A DNA stretch of 63,242 bases, the filler included, from Lenisia limosa (taxonomy: Eukaryota > Protista > Breviatea), in assembly GCA_001655205.1 (NCBI GenBank). It is 10 parts of 10 records of this genome, joined end to end, with 100 filler letters (N's around TTAATTAATTAA, not from the genome) between each part and the next. Parts side by side here need not be neighbours in the genome. Positions count along the whole stretch, not along the records: positions 26,697 to 30,540 come from LPNZ01004426.1; positions 30,641 to 38,802 come from LPNZ01005575.1; 8 more parts are not named here. One strand, given 5' to 3'. Below are positions 27,410 to 38,411 of the stretch, one piece after another; within the stretch, counting starts at the first letter, position 1, and the number at the start of each line of letters is the position of its first letter. Position numbers and translations under genes: made by a program. The notes below the pieces were generated by a model that saw only the letters and a list, made by a program, of their open reading frames with translations, did no database searches and had not been told where the DNA came from.

Positions 27410-27915
27410 CACCATTGCTTGAATTATCATCATCACCACCACCACAATCATCATCATTCAATATCATCATTACCATCACCATCAACCACCATCATCATCA
27501 GTAACATCATCATCACTCTTTATGATGGTGAACAATAATCTACCCTTTCATAACATTCATAGGAAAGAGAAATTTTAATCGTTTCAAATTTTTTGTTGGA
27601 ATTATTCATAAGATGACCGGGGGGAATATTGTTTCATTCATTTCATAAAGGACATAACTCAACGATTCTCATATCACTTTTTGGATCATTTTCATCCGTG
27701 TGAACTATCATTTTCCACGAAGTGATATGATACCTCATTTACATACTCGTGTGATAATTGACCGACAAGTGGGACACATCTCGTACCATCATCATCATTA
27801 ACAACAGCATTACTATCATTATTGTATTAATCATTATTATTTTCAGTAAGTATTTCTTTATTGGCACCATCACCACCATCATCATCATCACACCATCACT
27901 GTCATCATCATCATT
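27410..27915. repeat. Degenerate (CAT/CAC)n microsatellite blocks (~27410-27520 and ~27784-27915)
   Basis: Runs of atcatcatc/accaccatc; these generate spurious His-, Ile- or Met-rich ORFs. Confidence 0.85.
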
Positions 27916-28592
27916 NNNNNNNNNNNNNNNNNNNNNNNNNNNNNNNNNNNNNNNNNNNNNNNNNNNNNNNNNNNNNNNNNNNNNNNNNNNNNNNNNNNNN
28001 NNNNNNNNNNNNNNNNNNNNNNNNNNNNNNNNNNNNNNNAAAAAGGTAATGCAACTTATTTTTTGGGAAATTGGCATGGTGGTCCAATACGATAAGTCTT
28101 TCTTTATACTTAATTAATCACCCTACCACCAATCACACACACACCTCACAAATTGTATATGTTTCATATTTTATATTTTCCTTATGTTTTTTCCACTCCC
28201 TGAACTTTGTTTATTTGTTGTTCTCAACCCTCGTGTGTTGTCAGCCAACAGTGTTGATTTTGGCTTTTTTTTTTTTATTTACCAACAGAGTTGATTTGGG
28301 TTTTTTTTTGTTTCANNNNNNNNNNNNNNNNNNNNNNNNNNNNNNNNNNNNNNNNNNNNNNNNNNNNNNNNNNNNNNNNNNNNNNNNNNNNNNNNNNNNN
28401 NNNNNNNNNNNNNNNNNNNNNNNNNNNNNNNNNNNNNNNNNNNNNNNNNNNNNNNNNNNNNNNNNNNNNNNNNNNNNNNNNNNNNNNNNNNNNNNNNNNN
28501 NNNNNNNNNNNNNNNNNNNNNNNNNNNNNNNNNNNNNNNNNNNNNNNNNNNNNNNNNNNNNNNNNNNNNNNNNNNNNNNNNNNNNNNNNNNC

Positions 28593-30060
28593 ATGGTATA
28601 ATGCTCTCAAGCAACCCCCCCTCCCACTGGTCGAGTGGTTTTGCCGACAGCTGAGGGAGTGGGCTTTTGAGGAAGTCATTACAGACCACAATCACAGACC
28701 ACAATCTGCCACATAACCTTTTTTTTATCATTTCTCATTGCTATATATCATAGTACCATAATCCAGTATCTTCTATCTGATATATAAAAGCGATGTAGAA
28801 GGTTTCTGCCAGATATAACCTTATTTTATTTCTCATTGCTATATACTCTAGTCTCTCGGACGGCTGTACCTTATATATGGACGACTTTACCTTCTATGTG
28901 GACATCTTGTTTTATTTCTCATCTCAATATCATATTTATCATATAGTATATGATACTATATCCTTATCATCTCCCTAGATGATTTGGCACAGTCATGGGC
29001 TGAATTAGCCCAGACTTTACTGGACAATCATCAAGACGCTGACGGCGCTAACATTAGCAATGCCACTGGGGACGGCGAGGACCGTGATGATGCTGCTGGT
29101 GCGGCTGGTGGTGGAGCTCCCGTTGTGGGTGGGATTTCTTGTTAATCTGTCAGCATTTTTTTATTTTTCATTTTTTGCACCTTTGTTTACATTAAATTAA
29201 CGTTCACTTTACATACATTAACATCACTAACATTAACCTTTACATTACTTACATTAACCATTTAGCCTGCCGTTGTGCCCCGTCAACCCGAAGGTGCACA
29301 GTCAGACTCAAGTAGGATAATTTGAATTTCCCGCTTTTATTGAGTATGGATCTTTCATCATGCACCAATTGCACAAATAAAACAAAAAACTTTTTTTTTG
29401 TTTTATTGTAATCATCTAATAAAATCCATAGCATTAAAAATGTTAATAACATCCATAACATAAATAACATCAATCCAGGATCGGAGTCCTTCGACGATCT
29501 TGCTGATCTATCGCGCAAACTTGGCGCAACTTTACGCCAAGCGGAGCACGCATTCCAAAAAGCCATAGGGTGGCTGGCCGAAAGCGATTTGACTCTCCAG
29601 GTACCTACCCGGGTCCCCCCCTCGATAATTCTCGAATTTTTTCGATATTTTATATATGAATTTTTCGAACCGAAGTGAAGCCCTCATAATATCCACCATA
29701 ACTAGGGCTTCACTTTGGTGAAAAAAAACCGAGATAATTCGATAGTTTTCGAGGAATTATCGGGACATTCAGTCTTTTTTTGAACCGAAGTGAAACCCTC
29801 CCTACCCTTAATGTCACTCATAATGTCATCCATGTTGTCTTTTTTCATCTTGGTTTCATCCATATATCTTTTGTGTATTGTTGTATCTTTAGTCTACAGT
29901 ACAGATACAATATGCTTGTAGTATTGTAATTTGCCTGTAGTATGTCCCCCCATAATATCCCTCATAAAGTCCCTATAATCCCTCACCTTTGTAGGCTCGC
30001 GACACCCATCTCAGCGGAATAATGTTCAATGAGCTCGAAAACATTCCAGAGGTTTTCTCT
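28593..30060 (+). CDS. Unidentified multi-exon protein (fragment)
   Basis: Open GT-AG exons: WYNALKQPPLPLVEWFCRQLREWAFEEV; DDLAQSWAELAQTLLDNHQD (~28980-29126); SESFDDLADLSRKLGATLRQAEHAFQKAIGWLAE (~29480-29600); ARDTHLSGIMFNELENIPEVFS (~29995-30060). Confidence 0.6.
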
Positions 30061-30640
30061 GTGAGCTTCGTGGCTGGGGGGGGGGGGCTAAAANNNNNNN
30101 NNNNNNNNNNNNNNNNNNNNNNNNNNNNNNNNNNNNNNNNNNNNNNNNNNNNNNNNNNNNNNNNNNNNNNNNNNNNNNNNNNNNNNNNNNNNNNNNNNNN
30201 NNNNNNNNNNNNNNNNNNNNNNNNNNNNNNNNNNNNNNNNNNNNNNNNNNNNNNNNNNNNNNNNNNNNNNNCGACTATTATGATCGAAAATATTCCTGGT
30301 GTTTTTTTTCTTTAGGGCAAGGGGGGTATGTAGAACATCTTATAGGCATAATACTCCTTTGCTTTCTCATTTGACTGTATACATAGCTATATCCCAATTT
30401 GACCGTCCACCCTTTTCCCCAGTTCCTGAGTAGGCTTTTCACAGTCGGAAACGAGCGTCTCCTTTTTCACCTAGCAAACATAGTGTCAATCCTTCCCAAA
30501 GCCAAGTTGGAGGGGAGGGGGGAGGGGGGGGGGGGCAAGTNNNNNNNNNNNNNNNNNNNNNNNNNNNNNNNNNNNNNNNNNNNNTTAATTAATTAANNNN
30601 NNNNNNNNNNNNNNNNNNNNNNNNNNNNNNNNNNNNNNNN

Positions 30641-31818
30641 GGTGAGACAGCACACAGGTAAAAACACTACGTTCTCGAAGGAGTATGTCCCACGACTGTT
30701 AAAGAGATTCCCTGTTCTGAAAACAATGGTAGGTCCAGATATCCATTTCTGTTTAGAAGCCAAATGTTTTGGATAAAGCAAGAACGCATGCTTTCACTGA
30801 AGAGCGTTTCATGCAACATATCGCCGCAATGTCCAAAATTATCTTTGAAAAACAAGTACATCCTCAGTTAGTCTACAACTGCGACGAGACAATGGTGGAT
30901 GTATCGGACAGGAAGAGTCCAAAGGTCATCACCCTCATGGAGTATTCCAAGGTTTACAAAAAACCACTGAAACACAACCAACGCATATCACGCTAATTGT
31001 GACTATTGCGTTAGCTATTATCTTGTATTTAAAAACTAATACTTCAGATCAAACTGACCATTGCAACCCCAGTGTTCTTGGCTGGCCAGAAGACGACTAA
31101 AGAAGAAGAAATCATCCTCAGTCGTTATGGAGCTGTAATGTTGGAAGCACCAAATGTATGGCAGGTGAGGTGGTCAAGATGTCTCACCATTTTGAAGACC
31201 ATCCTCCATCGATTCTATATTGCTTCCATGAAGAAAGTGATGCCAGAAGGTGTATCAAATGCTGCAAACAACAGGTGCTGCGCTATTGAAGCCTGTATGG
31301 ACGCTCTGTCTATTGCCACAACCAAGAAGAAAGTGAAGGAAGTTTATGAAAAATCAGGTATTTGTGTCAGTGAAGGCGATGAGCCAACAATTACAATTGA
31401 CCCTTGGCGATTGGCAGAAGTTCTCCCGAATTCTGATCATGCGTTTGAAGAACCTCTTTTGAATCCTCCTCGCTCTGCTCTGTATGCATGCCAGCTCAAC
31501 ACGGAGAGACTCATTGAGTTGATTAGTCTTGCCAAAAATGAAGATCTCACAAAGGAAGAAACTGCAGAGGCAGTTTATCGGGACAATCTGACAGATCTTG
31601 AAAACAGATGGTATTTTGAGAATGAAGGTAAATTGCCATGGCATGGTAATCCATTGGTCGGAAAGAAAGTTCAAATGGCTTATGAAGTTGGTAGAAAACC
31701 ACGAAAATCAATTGCTCCAAAATCTCCTCAACATTGGTCTGAAGTTATGGCTGAAGAAAAGAAAAAAGAAATGTTTGAAAAAAAAGATAAGGTCTCATTT
31801 TTTACACTTATTCAATAG
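30641..31818 (+). mobile_element. pogo/Tc1-mariner (DDE_1, CENP-B-like) transposase gene with spliceosomal introns; 5'-truncated, apparently frameshifted and lacking part of the catalytic core
   Basis: FSKEYVPRLLKRFPVLKTM|KPNVLDKARTHAF (28-nt phase-0 intron at 30729-30756)...HPQLVYNCDETMV is the pogo-type first-D motif. One extra A in the A6 run at 30958-30963 gives THITLIVTIA. Then TPVFLAGQK, and KKKVKEVYEKSGI near the C-terminal end. Confidence 0.75.
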
Positions 31819-32071
31819 TTTTGGATCAAAGAGCAGCTAGGAAAGTCATGAAGACGAAGACAAAAGCAATTCCTCGCTCTCGCAAACGCTAGTTTTTGTG
31901 TTTTTACCCTCTCTATGTTCTGTTTTATATCTGTATGAATATACTTCTAAGTATTATTTTTCAAAAAGGTGGTTTTTTTTGAGAATTTCTTTGAGATAAA
32001 TCGTTGCTGCTCCCCCTTTTGGATTTTTCATCTAAAAAAAATAAAAAAAAAAATGAAAAAGTGGCCTCCAC

Positions 32072-32853
32072 CTATATGAAAGGAAAATATTCCTTGTGTA
32101 GATAAGAGGACAAATATCTCTCCTCAATAGCAAAGTCGGGGTTCTTTGCCACACGGGCACAGGCTTGAATCAAGGTATCGGTATCTGATAATAAAACCAC
32201 ATGTCTCTATCCTGAACCTACCACTGCAGGTCCAACACTTGCAAGACACGCTGAACCCCAATCGTGATGCGGCTACAGCTGTGCTTATAAAACAAACGAT
32301 TACTTTACTCATGGAGACAGATGTCAGAATAATCATAAAAGCCTTATTACGAGCCCCAGTGCAGTGAAGCCGAGCTTCAATGCCATCTGCTTTGTTCTCA
32401 GATGCAACATGGGTACAGTTGGGATAAGTTATCTTTCTAACACTTTTTAAGAGGACCAAGCTGTTCTTTCTCAATACACAACCTATTGAATTCCTCTTTC
32501 TTACTTGTATATGGATCTATCATGGTAAATACAGATAAAGTTACGAAGTAAAGCCTTCAAGAATCCATTCAACAAAAAAACGAAAAAGTGACTACGGTAA
32601 CGGAATGTGATGATGCCATCGTTCAAAAAAGGGTGTGTTGGGTCTGTACATTCTAAGAGTGCGATTTGGAGTTTTATTCTTAAATCACAAACACAATTAG
32701 TACATTTCCCATATTTAAAGCAGCCCCATAGGTCCAGAAAAAGAAATGTAAAAATGATAAAACCGTGTTTTTTTTGTTTTCTATCCATACCTCCATCTTA
32801 ACAGCTAATGAACTACCACCTGAAATTTTCATCATAACCATATTGAGCAGCAT
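32072..32853 (-). CDS. Small-exon spliced gene of unknown function, weak resemblance to SF2 helicase motifs V-VI
   Basis: Several short GT-AG introns, e.g. 37 nt at 32185-32221. Splicing gives ISTAVAASRLGFSVSCKCWTCS|DTDTLIQACARVAKNPDFAIEERYLSSYLHKEYFPFI-TAG. Upstream exon structure is uncertain. Confidence 0.35.
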
Positions 32854-32897
32854 CCCGATGGTCTTTCAAAAGTTGAAACTTTTTGTTGCAACTCGGT

Positions 32898-33407
32898 CCG
32901 GGATGAGCACTTGGTTACCCCAACTATGTGTGTCTGGTTACCCCAGCATCGAAAATTGTTACCTTTTTTACACCCTGAAGTAACTTAGGGCTCAGAAGGT
33001 GTCCCTGTTTGAAAGTGTACCTGGTTACCCAAATCACACCGGGATGAGCACTTGGTTACCCCAAACACATTTGCGGTAACCAGATGCCAAAAAGGGTGTA
33101 CCAGACATGGAAAAATGACCTTTTTACACCCTGCAGTAACATAGGGATCTGTGTTGGGGTAACCAGATGCCAAAAACACAACAAGGAAGAGAATATTTTA
33201 AAAAGAACAAGATCCTGCAAGCAATTACTGACTTATGTTGGGGCTTGCTGATGAAATGTTCACAAAAGGTGGACTTTTAATAAGTCTTTTGTTATTTATA
33301 AGTAGGAAGAGTTTTCAGAACAAATAAGCTGCTATTTGTAAACAGGCCCTTGGGATAAAAATTTCAGTTGGGGAAACCAGCTGCTTTTAGTTGGGGTAAC
33401 CAGGTGC
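32898..33407. repeat. Array of direct and inverted repeats built on GGTTACC/GGTAACC
   Basis: Exact 26-bp repeat at 32898-32923 and 33039-33064; exact 19-bp repeat at 33075-33093 and 33158-33176; ~30-bp repeat at 32961-32990 and 33118-33146. Four TGGTTACCC copies followed by about four opposite-orientation GGTAACCAG-like copies. Confidence 0.9.
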
Positions 33408-33635
33408 ATTTCTCACTCGGTCTTGGTTGTCTTCCTTATACTCAACTAAACACTTTAAGACGGGAACAGCTCTTTCTTTCCTGTCTGGTATTTCAAAACT
33501 AAAATTATTGTCAGGCAAGAAGAGCACCATCCGTCTGGCAGAGTCAGCCTCCCACTTGGGTAACTTTAACAGCAAGTATGTTTTGGGAAAATCTGGTGGT
33601 GTCACTTTGTTTGTAGATTATTGACTCCTACTTAG

Positions 33636-33880
33636 GCCTCTTTTCTGTTTATTTGCTAAGTAACGATGGAAAGGATGACCAAAAACCTCCAGAAATCTAT
33701 ATTGGCTTTACAGATTTTCTGGAGAGGCGGCTTGACCAGCACAATGAAGTGATTCCAAGGGGTGCTCTTTTTACAAGCCAACGGCAAAACTGGGCCATGG
33801 TATTTGCCATTACCGGCTTTATCAGAAAAAAAGCCATGCTCTCCAAGCTGAGGCGTTTTTTCACCGACAATCAGGTCTGA
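33636..33880 (+). CDS. SLX1-like GIY-YIG endonuclease exon (frameshift at an A7 run before the conserved Glu helix)
   Basis: After AG acceptor 33634-33635: GLFSVYLLSNDGKDDQKPPEIYIGFTDFLERRLDQHNEVIPRGALFTSQRQNWAMVFAITGF, matching SLX1-family GVYLL...YVGFT..xRRxxQHN....GA..T....W.MV..V.GF. The alternate frame after 33826-33832 reads SHALQAEAFFHRQS followed by a GT. Confidence 0.82.
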
Positions 33881-35835
33881 CCCTTTGGCCCTCATTTGTT
33901 TGGTTTTTTTATCTTCTCACATTTTACAGTTCCACCTTGCCTCACGAAGCCCAGTCCTTGATGAAGGCATTTACTGTTGCTCCGGAAAATCAAGCTAAGA
34001 GCCTTTATTTGAAATTTGAAATATAACTTGGTGATCCTTAAGATGATCAAAGCTTCAGACTTAGTGTTTAGCTTTCTGTTTCTGTTAGATTGTCTAAGAA
34101 TACTTACTTTTATTGGCTTGTCACCACGTCAGGACACTTTGATCCTGCTCCCCCTCTTTTCTTACCCTTAATTATCTCAATATTACAATAGTATTCACTT
34201 CATATACATAGTAGATGACCATCTTGAGAAGGTTACTACCACATATCGTGGGTTCAGAAGTGTAAAAGAACGTGAGGTCTTCGCTGGTGAAACCAGAGTG
34301 TCTCCTGTCTCCATGATGTTCCTTTGGTAAGTGCGCTGCAGGGGTCGATCAAGGGTCTATTGCCAGACAACATAATTGGACTGGAGTTGAGCTTTTATCA
34401 TCAAGTGTAATGAACTGTGTATTAAGAGGGCTACCCCGCCAAGATAGAGCAATGTTCCTTAATGTATTTTAAAAGTAAATATTTATGGGATTGAAACGAT
34501 TGCTTCATTCAACAAGTCAATCAATTCAGCCTAAATTCTATAAAAAAAAAAGGGGGGGACGTACAACTATGTTTTTTGTAGATTCATTTGTTGCTGCTAC
34601 TTTGACTTTACCAAGAATCGCCTGTTGTTAGTATTTCATTCTAACCTTGAGAACAGTATTCATTGTTTGAGATGGGATGAGAAGGAACACTTTCACCTTT
34701 GAGCGCAAAAGAGAGAAGACTTTGGGGCATCGTGAATATAAAACTATTACCTATTTATTTGTAAAATATTGATGGAAAAGGCAATAAGAACTAAAATGTC
34801 TTGATTTTGTGAGAAAGACTCTTCTGCAAGATGTAGAAGCTTTTCAATCAAATGTTCATGCTTGACAATCAGAGAGAATGACTTATTTTACCTGTCGTTC
34901 TTTTTCAATAAAATTAAAAACAAAGGTTACAATTGTGCGAAAATGACCTGGTAAACAATCTACAATGTGATTATCCTACTAACTCCAAACTATTTTCCAA
35001 TAAATCATAAATCATTTCAGGAATATGGTTGTACAGAGAGTTTTGTTTGTGCGCAATGTCACGAAAAAATGCTTCAGTGAGTTGTCTCACACGAGCGTTT
35101 TCATCCTAGTTAAAAACACAGCTTACAATTAACCCCAATGCAAATCTGGCAATGAATCCTCTTAGTTTAATAATGTTGTGATTAATTAGATAGACAGTTA
35201 TGATAAGAGAGTCCTCCCTAAACTGTGAAGAATGTGAGCCCAAAAGCTTGATGAGAGATGAACACCTATTGAGATATTAAAATAAACCAAGGACGGAATA
35301 TATTGGGAAATCGAACAGATATATCACATATTAAAAGCAAAAGGGTCCTTTTAACTGTATTTGATATATCACTGTGAATAAGGGAGAATGTGACCTGGTG
35401 AAGGTAACCAAAAGAACAGCTAAATACTGCTGACACAAACCCTCAGAGGTCAATATGCACTTAGAAAAACAAGTTGACGCTACTGCTTTTTCAGACTCAC
35501 TTGATGAAACATTTCTTGGCAATTAGGTGAAAAAACAAACAACAGTAGCTGCTGGGAAAGTGGAATAACTTTTGAACAATAATTAATCCACGATATTGAA
35601 TGTTTTGATACAAATGGAAGGTCACACTAAGTTATATCGTCAAGAAAAGAACGATCAGAGTACCTTGTCCAGAGAAATGCATATTATTGTATTCAAGTAT
35701 ATTGTAAATTTCAAATAGTTGCGAAACAGAGATTGACCCAATGATACATAAATATTGTTTCAACATTGTCGAAGACATCTTGAAGTGTAAACAAGAAGTA
35801 AGATGGTAAGAATATTTTAAAGAAGAGTATATAGT

Positions 35836-36499
35836 CAAAATGCGGATCAACGGACAAAATGCGGATCACTGTTTTAGGATTGTTTTAAAAGTTGACACAT
35901 CTCTTCAATGTGTTTACATTCTGTAATGAGGCCTCCTTTGACAGGAAATCCACCTGTTCTTGCTTTGACAACTTCTCAAAATTGGTAATACGGCGTTTAA
36001 TACGCTTCAGCGCCTCTCCTTCCTTTTTCGCTTTTGCAGAGAATTGGCCTGAGATCTACACTGCTAATGTATGTAATAAAGGATAAATGTACAAATTAAC
36101 CAACTTTAACGAAAGAGGCCTCTTTGAATTTTTTTTTCTAAATCATAAATTGCCTGCGCGTGCAACGCGCATTTTGTCAAAAATGTAAGGCCCACCTAGT
36201 AACCCTTAGGGTTTTAAGTGTTTATCCTTTGGTCTTTCTTTTACTTCATTTTACAGTGGCCTTGTGTTATTTGACATTAAAATACTTTCAATAAAGATGA
36301 TGCCATAAGAGAAAATAGGCAAACACTCCCAAAAAGCAAAATAAAAGATAAACTTCAACTTGCCTTATAAGGAAATTGATAGTTTATATGGGGGGTTTAT
36401 ACATTTTCAAAACAAATCAAAAATTTACATTTTCTGGGCATTATTTTGATGGTTTCCACCATTTTCCGACCGGATTTAACAAATGATCCGCATTTTGTC
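35836..36499. repeat. 16-bp inverted repeat bracketing ~650 bp of non-coding AT-rich DNA
   Basis: GACAAAATGCGGATCA at 35853-35868, with a partial tandem copy at 35836-35849, and its reverse complement at 36484-36499. A partial internal copy lies at ~36168-36179. Confidence 0.75.
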
Positions 36500-37196
36500 A
36501 TGTATATATGTAAAATCTTATACACAATAACATATGTTAATATTTTGAAATATTTCCCTGATTATTTCTCCAAAAAGACGAGAGAGAAATGAAGAACAAT
36601 ACTATTTATAATTATTAGAAATCCGTGCGATTAATTTCCCGAATATCCGCATAAATCAGTGCTTTTTTGGAAAATCGGTGCTTTTTGTTTTTCATACCCA
36701 TATTATTCATATGACACGTTACGGGACGATTTTCTCTCCAAATTTCCTGGTTGAATGGACATTTAGTACGGCAATCAGGTTTTTTTTTGAAAAAAGTTAC
36801 CCGGGTATCTCCCTTTAGCTGTTGTTTTCCCCCCCCCCCTTTCGATTCTCTATTCTCTTAAAATTATGTTTGGAAAAAAATTTCATTAACCGCCCTTTCC
36901 CCCAAGCCATTTCCAAGGTAGGAGGAATATGTGAACTTCTGTTGCTATTTTTACAAGTTTGCCTATTCTGTTAAGATATTCATTTTTCGAATAATACCCG
37001 GGTACTCTCAAAATTGGTACCCGGGTATTTTCAAAATTCAAGCCCCCTCTATCTCCCGCCACGGGGAGCTCTTGACATTATTTTCTGATCTTATTGCACT
37101 TTACCCCATAAAAAATATTCATATTTGTGATAAAACGATTAAAAAGATATTGATTCTTTTTGCCACTTCACTCTTGAACTTAATAATTCTTTTAGA

Positions 37197-38216
37197 ATGG
37201 TTCACCTTGACACCATTGTTGGAAAGTATCAACACTACTCAGAGATACCAGAAGAGTGGAAACAAAAGTACAAAAGACACCAAGAAGATGTATTTAAATG
37301 CGCTTATTGCTGAGAACTTGGATGGATCAAAGGTTAGCTTATTATATTTGTACTTCATTTCTGAACGATTGATGTCTAATTGTGTAGGTTAAGATTGGGA
37401 GCTATCGTCATTATATTCCTGACATTCCACACGAAGGCTACTCGCGCCTTCAAAATCCTGGCATCCTACCGATTCCAAGAAAGATTTTTGAAAACATTGT
37501 GAAGCGAGGGCAAAAAGGAGAAGAGCTCGCACGTCAAAGAAAATGTCAGGTTAGTAGCTCTTTCAATAACCACTTTAGCCCTATTTTGTTTCTCAACAAG
37601 GAAGATAGTTCAACCAGTCGTTACGCTTTTTGGCTGTGATTCGTCATGAAACAATGGGAATGGATGAGTTGGAGGCGGATAAGAAAGCGATTGAAGCAAG
37701 AGTCCACTTCTTCAAAAGGGAAGATCTCATCTCCAAAGCAGCAACCCGCGACGAGACATGCACTTGACGGAAACTTGATAGCGTGAGTGGCTTAACCATT
37801 ATCAGTGCTACAACAACGTAGTAGTTACCGAAATGTAAATGAATATGATTGACAGATTATTGTTCTGATTATATGACTTAGTATTTCTGATTAATGTAGG
37901 CAGTGAAACGTTGAGCACTCCAGATATTCAGGAATCATCATTTTCAACTGTTATCAAAGAGCTCTTCACGTCGCTTGTGAAAAGATGCCAAAACAATCAA
38001 GTGTCCCTAATTCGAGCCGACTTTCAGCGACTTATGGACGGTTACATTGAAGGCATTCCAGATATTCAAGCCAAGCCGGACAACATCCTGTTTGCTGATG
38101 AAATCAGTTGGGGAAAGAGGTCGTTCCCCCAGTTCGATACCGAGAAGCCAAGAGCTTCAGCCATTTCCATCAATTCAGACGCTCAAGCTCATTCTGATAT
38201 AGGTGAAGGTACATAA
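37197..38216 (+). pseudogene. Second, degenerate intron-containing pogo-like transposase
   Basis: Exons MVHLDTIVGKYQHYSEIPEEW...FKCAYC (then stop or frameshift), |VKIGSYRHYIPDIP...RQRKCQ|, a disrupted exon, and an exon with KRCQNNQ...FQRLMDGYIEGIPDIQAKPDNILFADEISW. That last exon parallels the R....F....PxxIYNxDE first-D region of the 30769 copy. Confidence 0.5.
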
Positions 38217-38411
38217 TTGTGTCCAGTCACATTATTGTCTCCACTTTTTCATTCTTTAAATTTTTGCTTTAAAAACCCTTCGTATGAATAATTGTAGATA
38301 AATATTCATGTATTGATGTAAAAAATTATTTTGGGCTGAGGCCTGCTTCCACGATGTCATTTTTTGACTCCTAAATTGTGATAATAAAGGAAAGTAATTA
38401 CTGTTGCATGT

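Noticed and set aside
27256-28117. His-, Ile- or Met-rich ORFs
   Set aside because: Produced by (CAT)n microsatellite and N runs; no splice-consistent coding signal.
32898-33176. Spaced direct repeats as a CRISPR array
   Set aside because: Only pairs of three different repeats, with irregular spacing and mixed orientation.
33387-33605. Minus-strand 72-aa ORF as an independent gene
   Set aside because: Non-ATG start, ends inside the repeat array, and has no recognisable motif; at most an exon of the neighbouring minus-strand gene.
37290-37660. In-frame TGA codons as evidence of a variant genetic code
   Set aside because: TGA is the true stop of the HECT gene, and the same locus needs frameshifts too, so decay is the simpler explanation.
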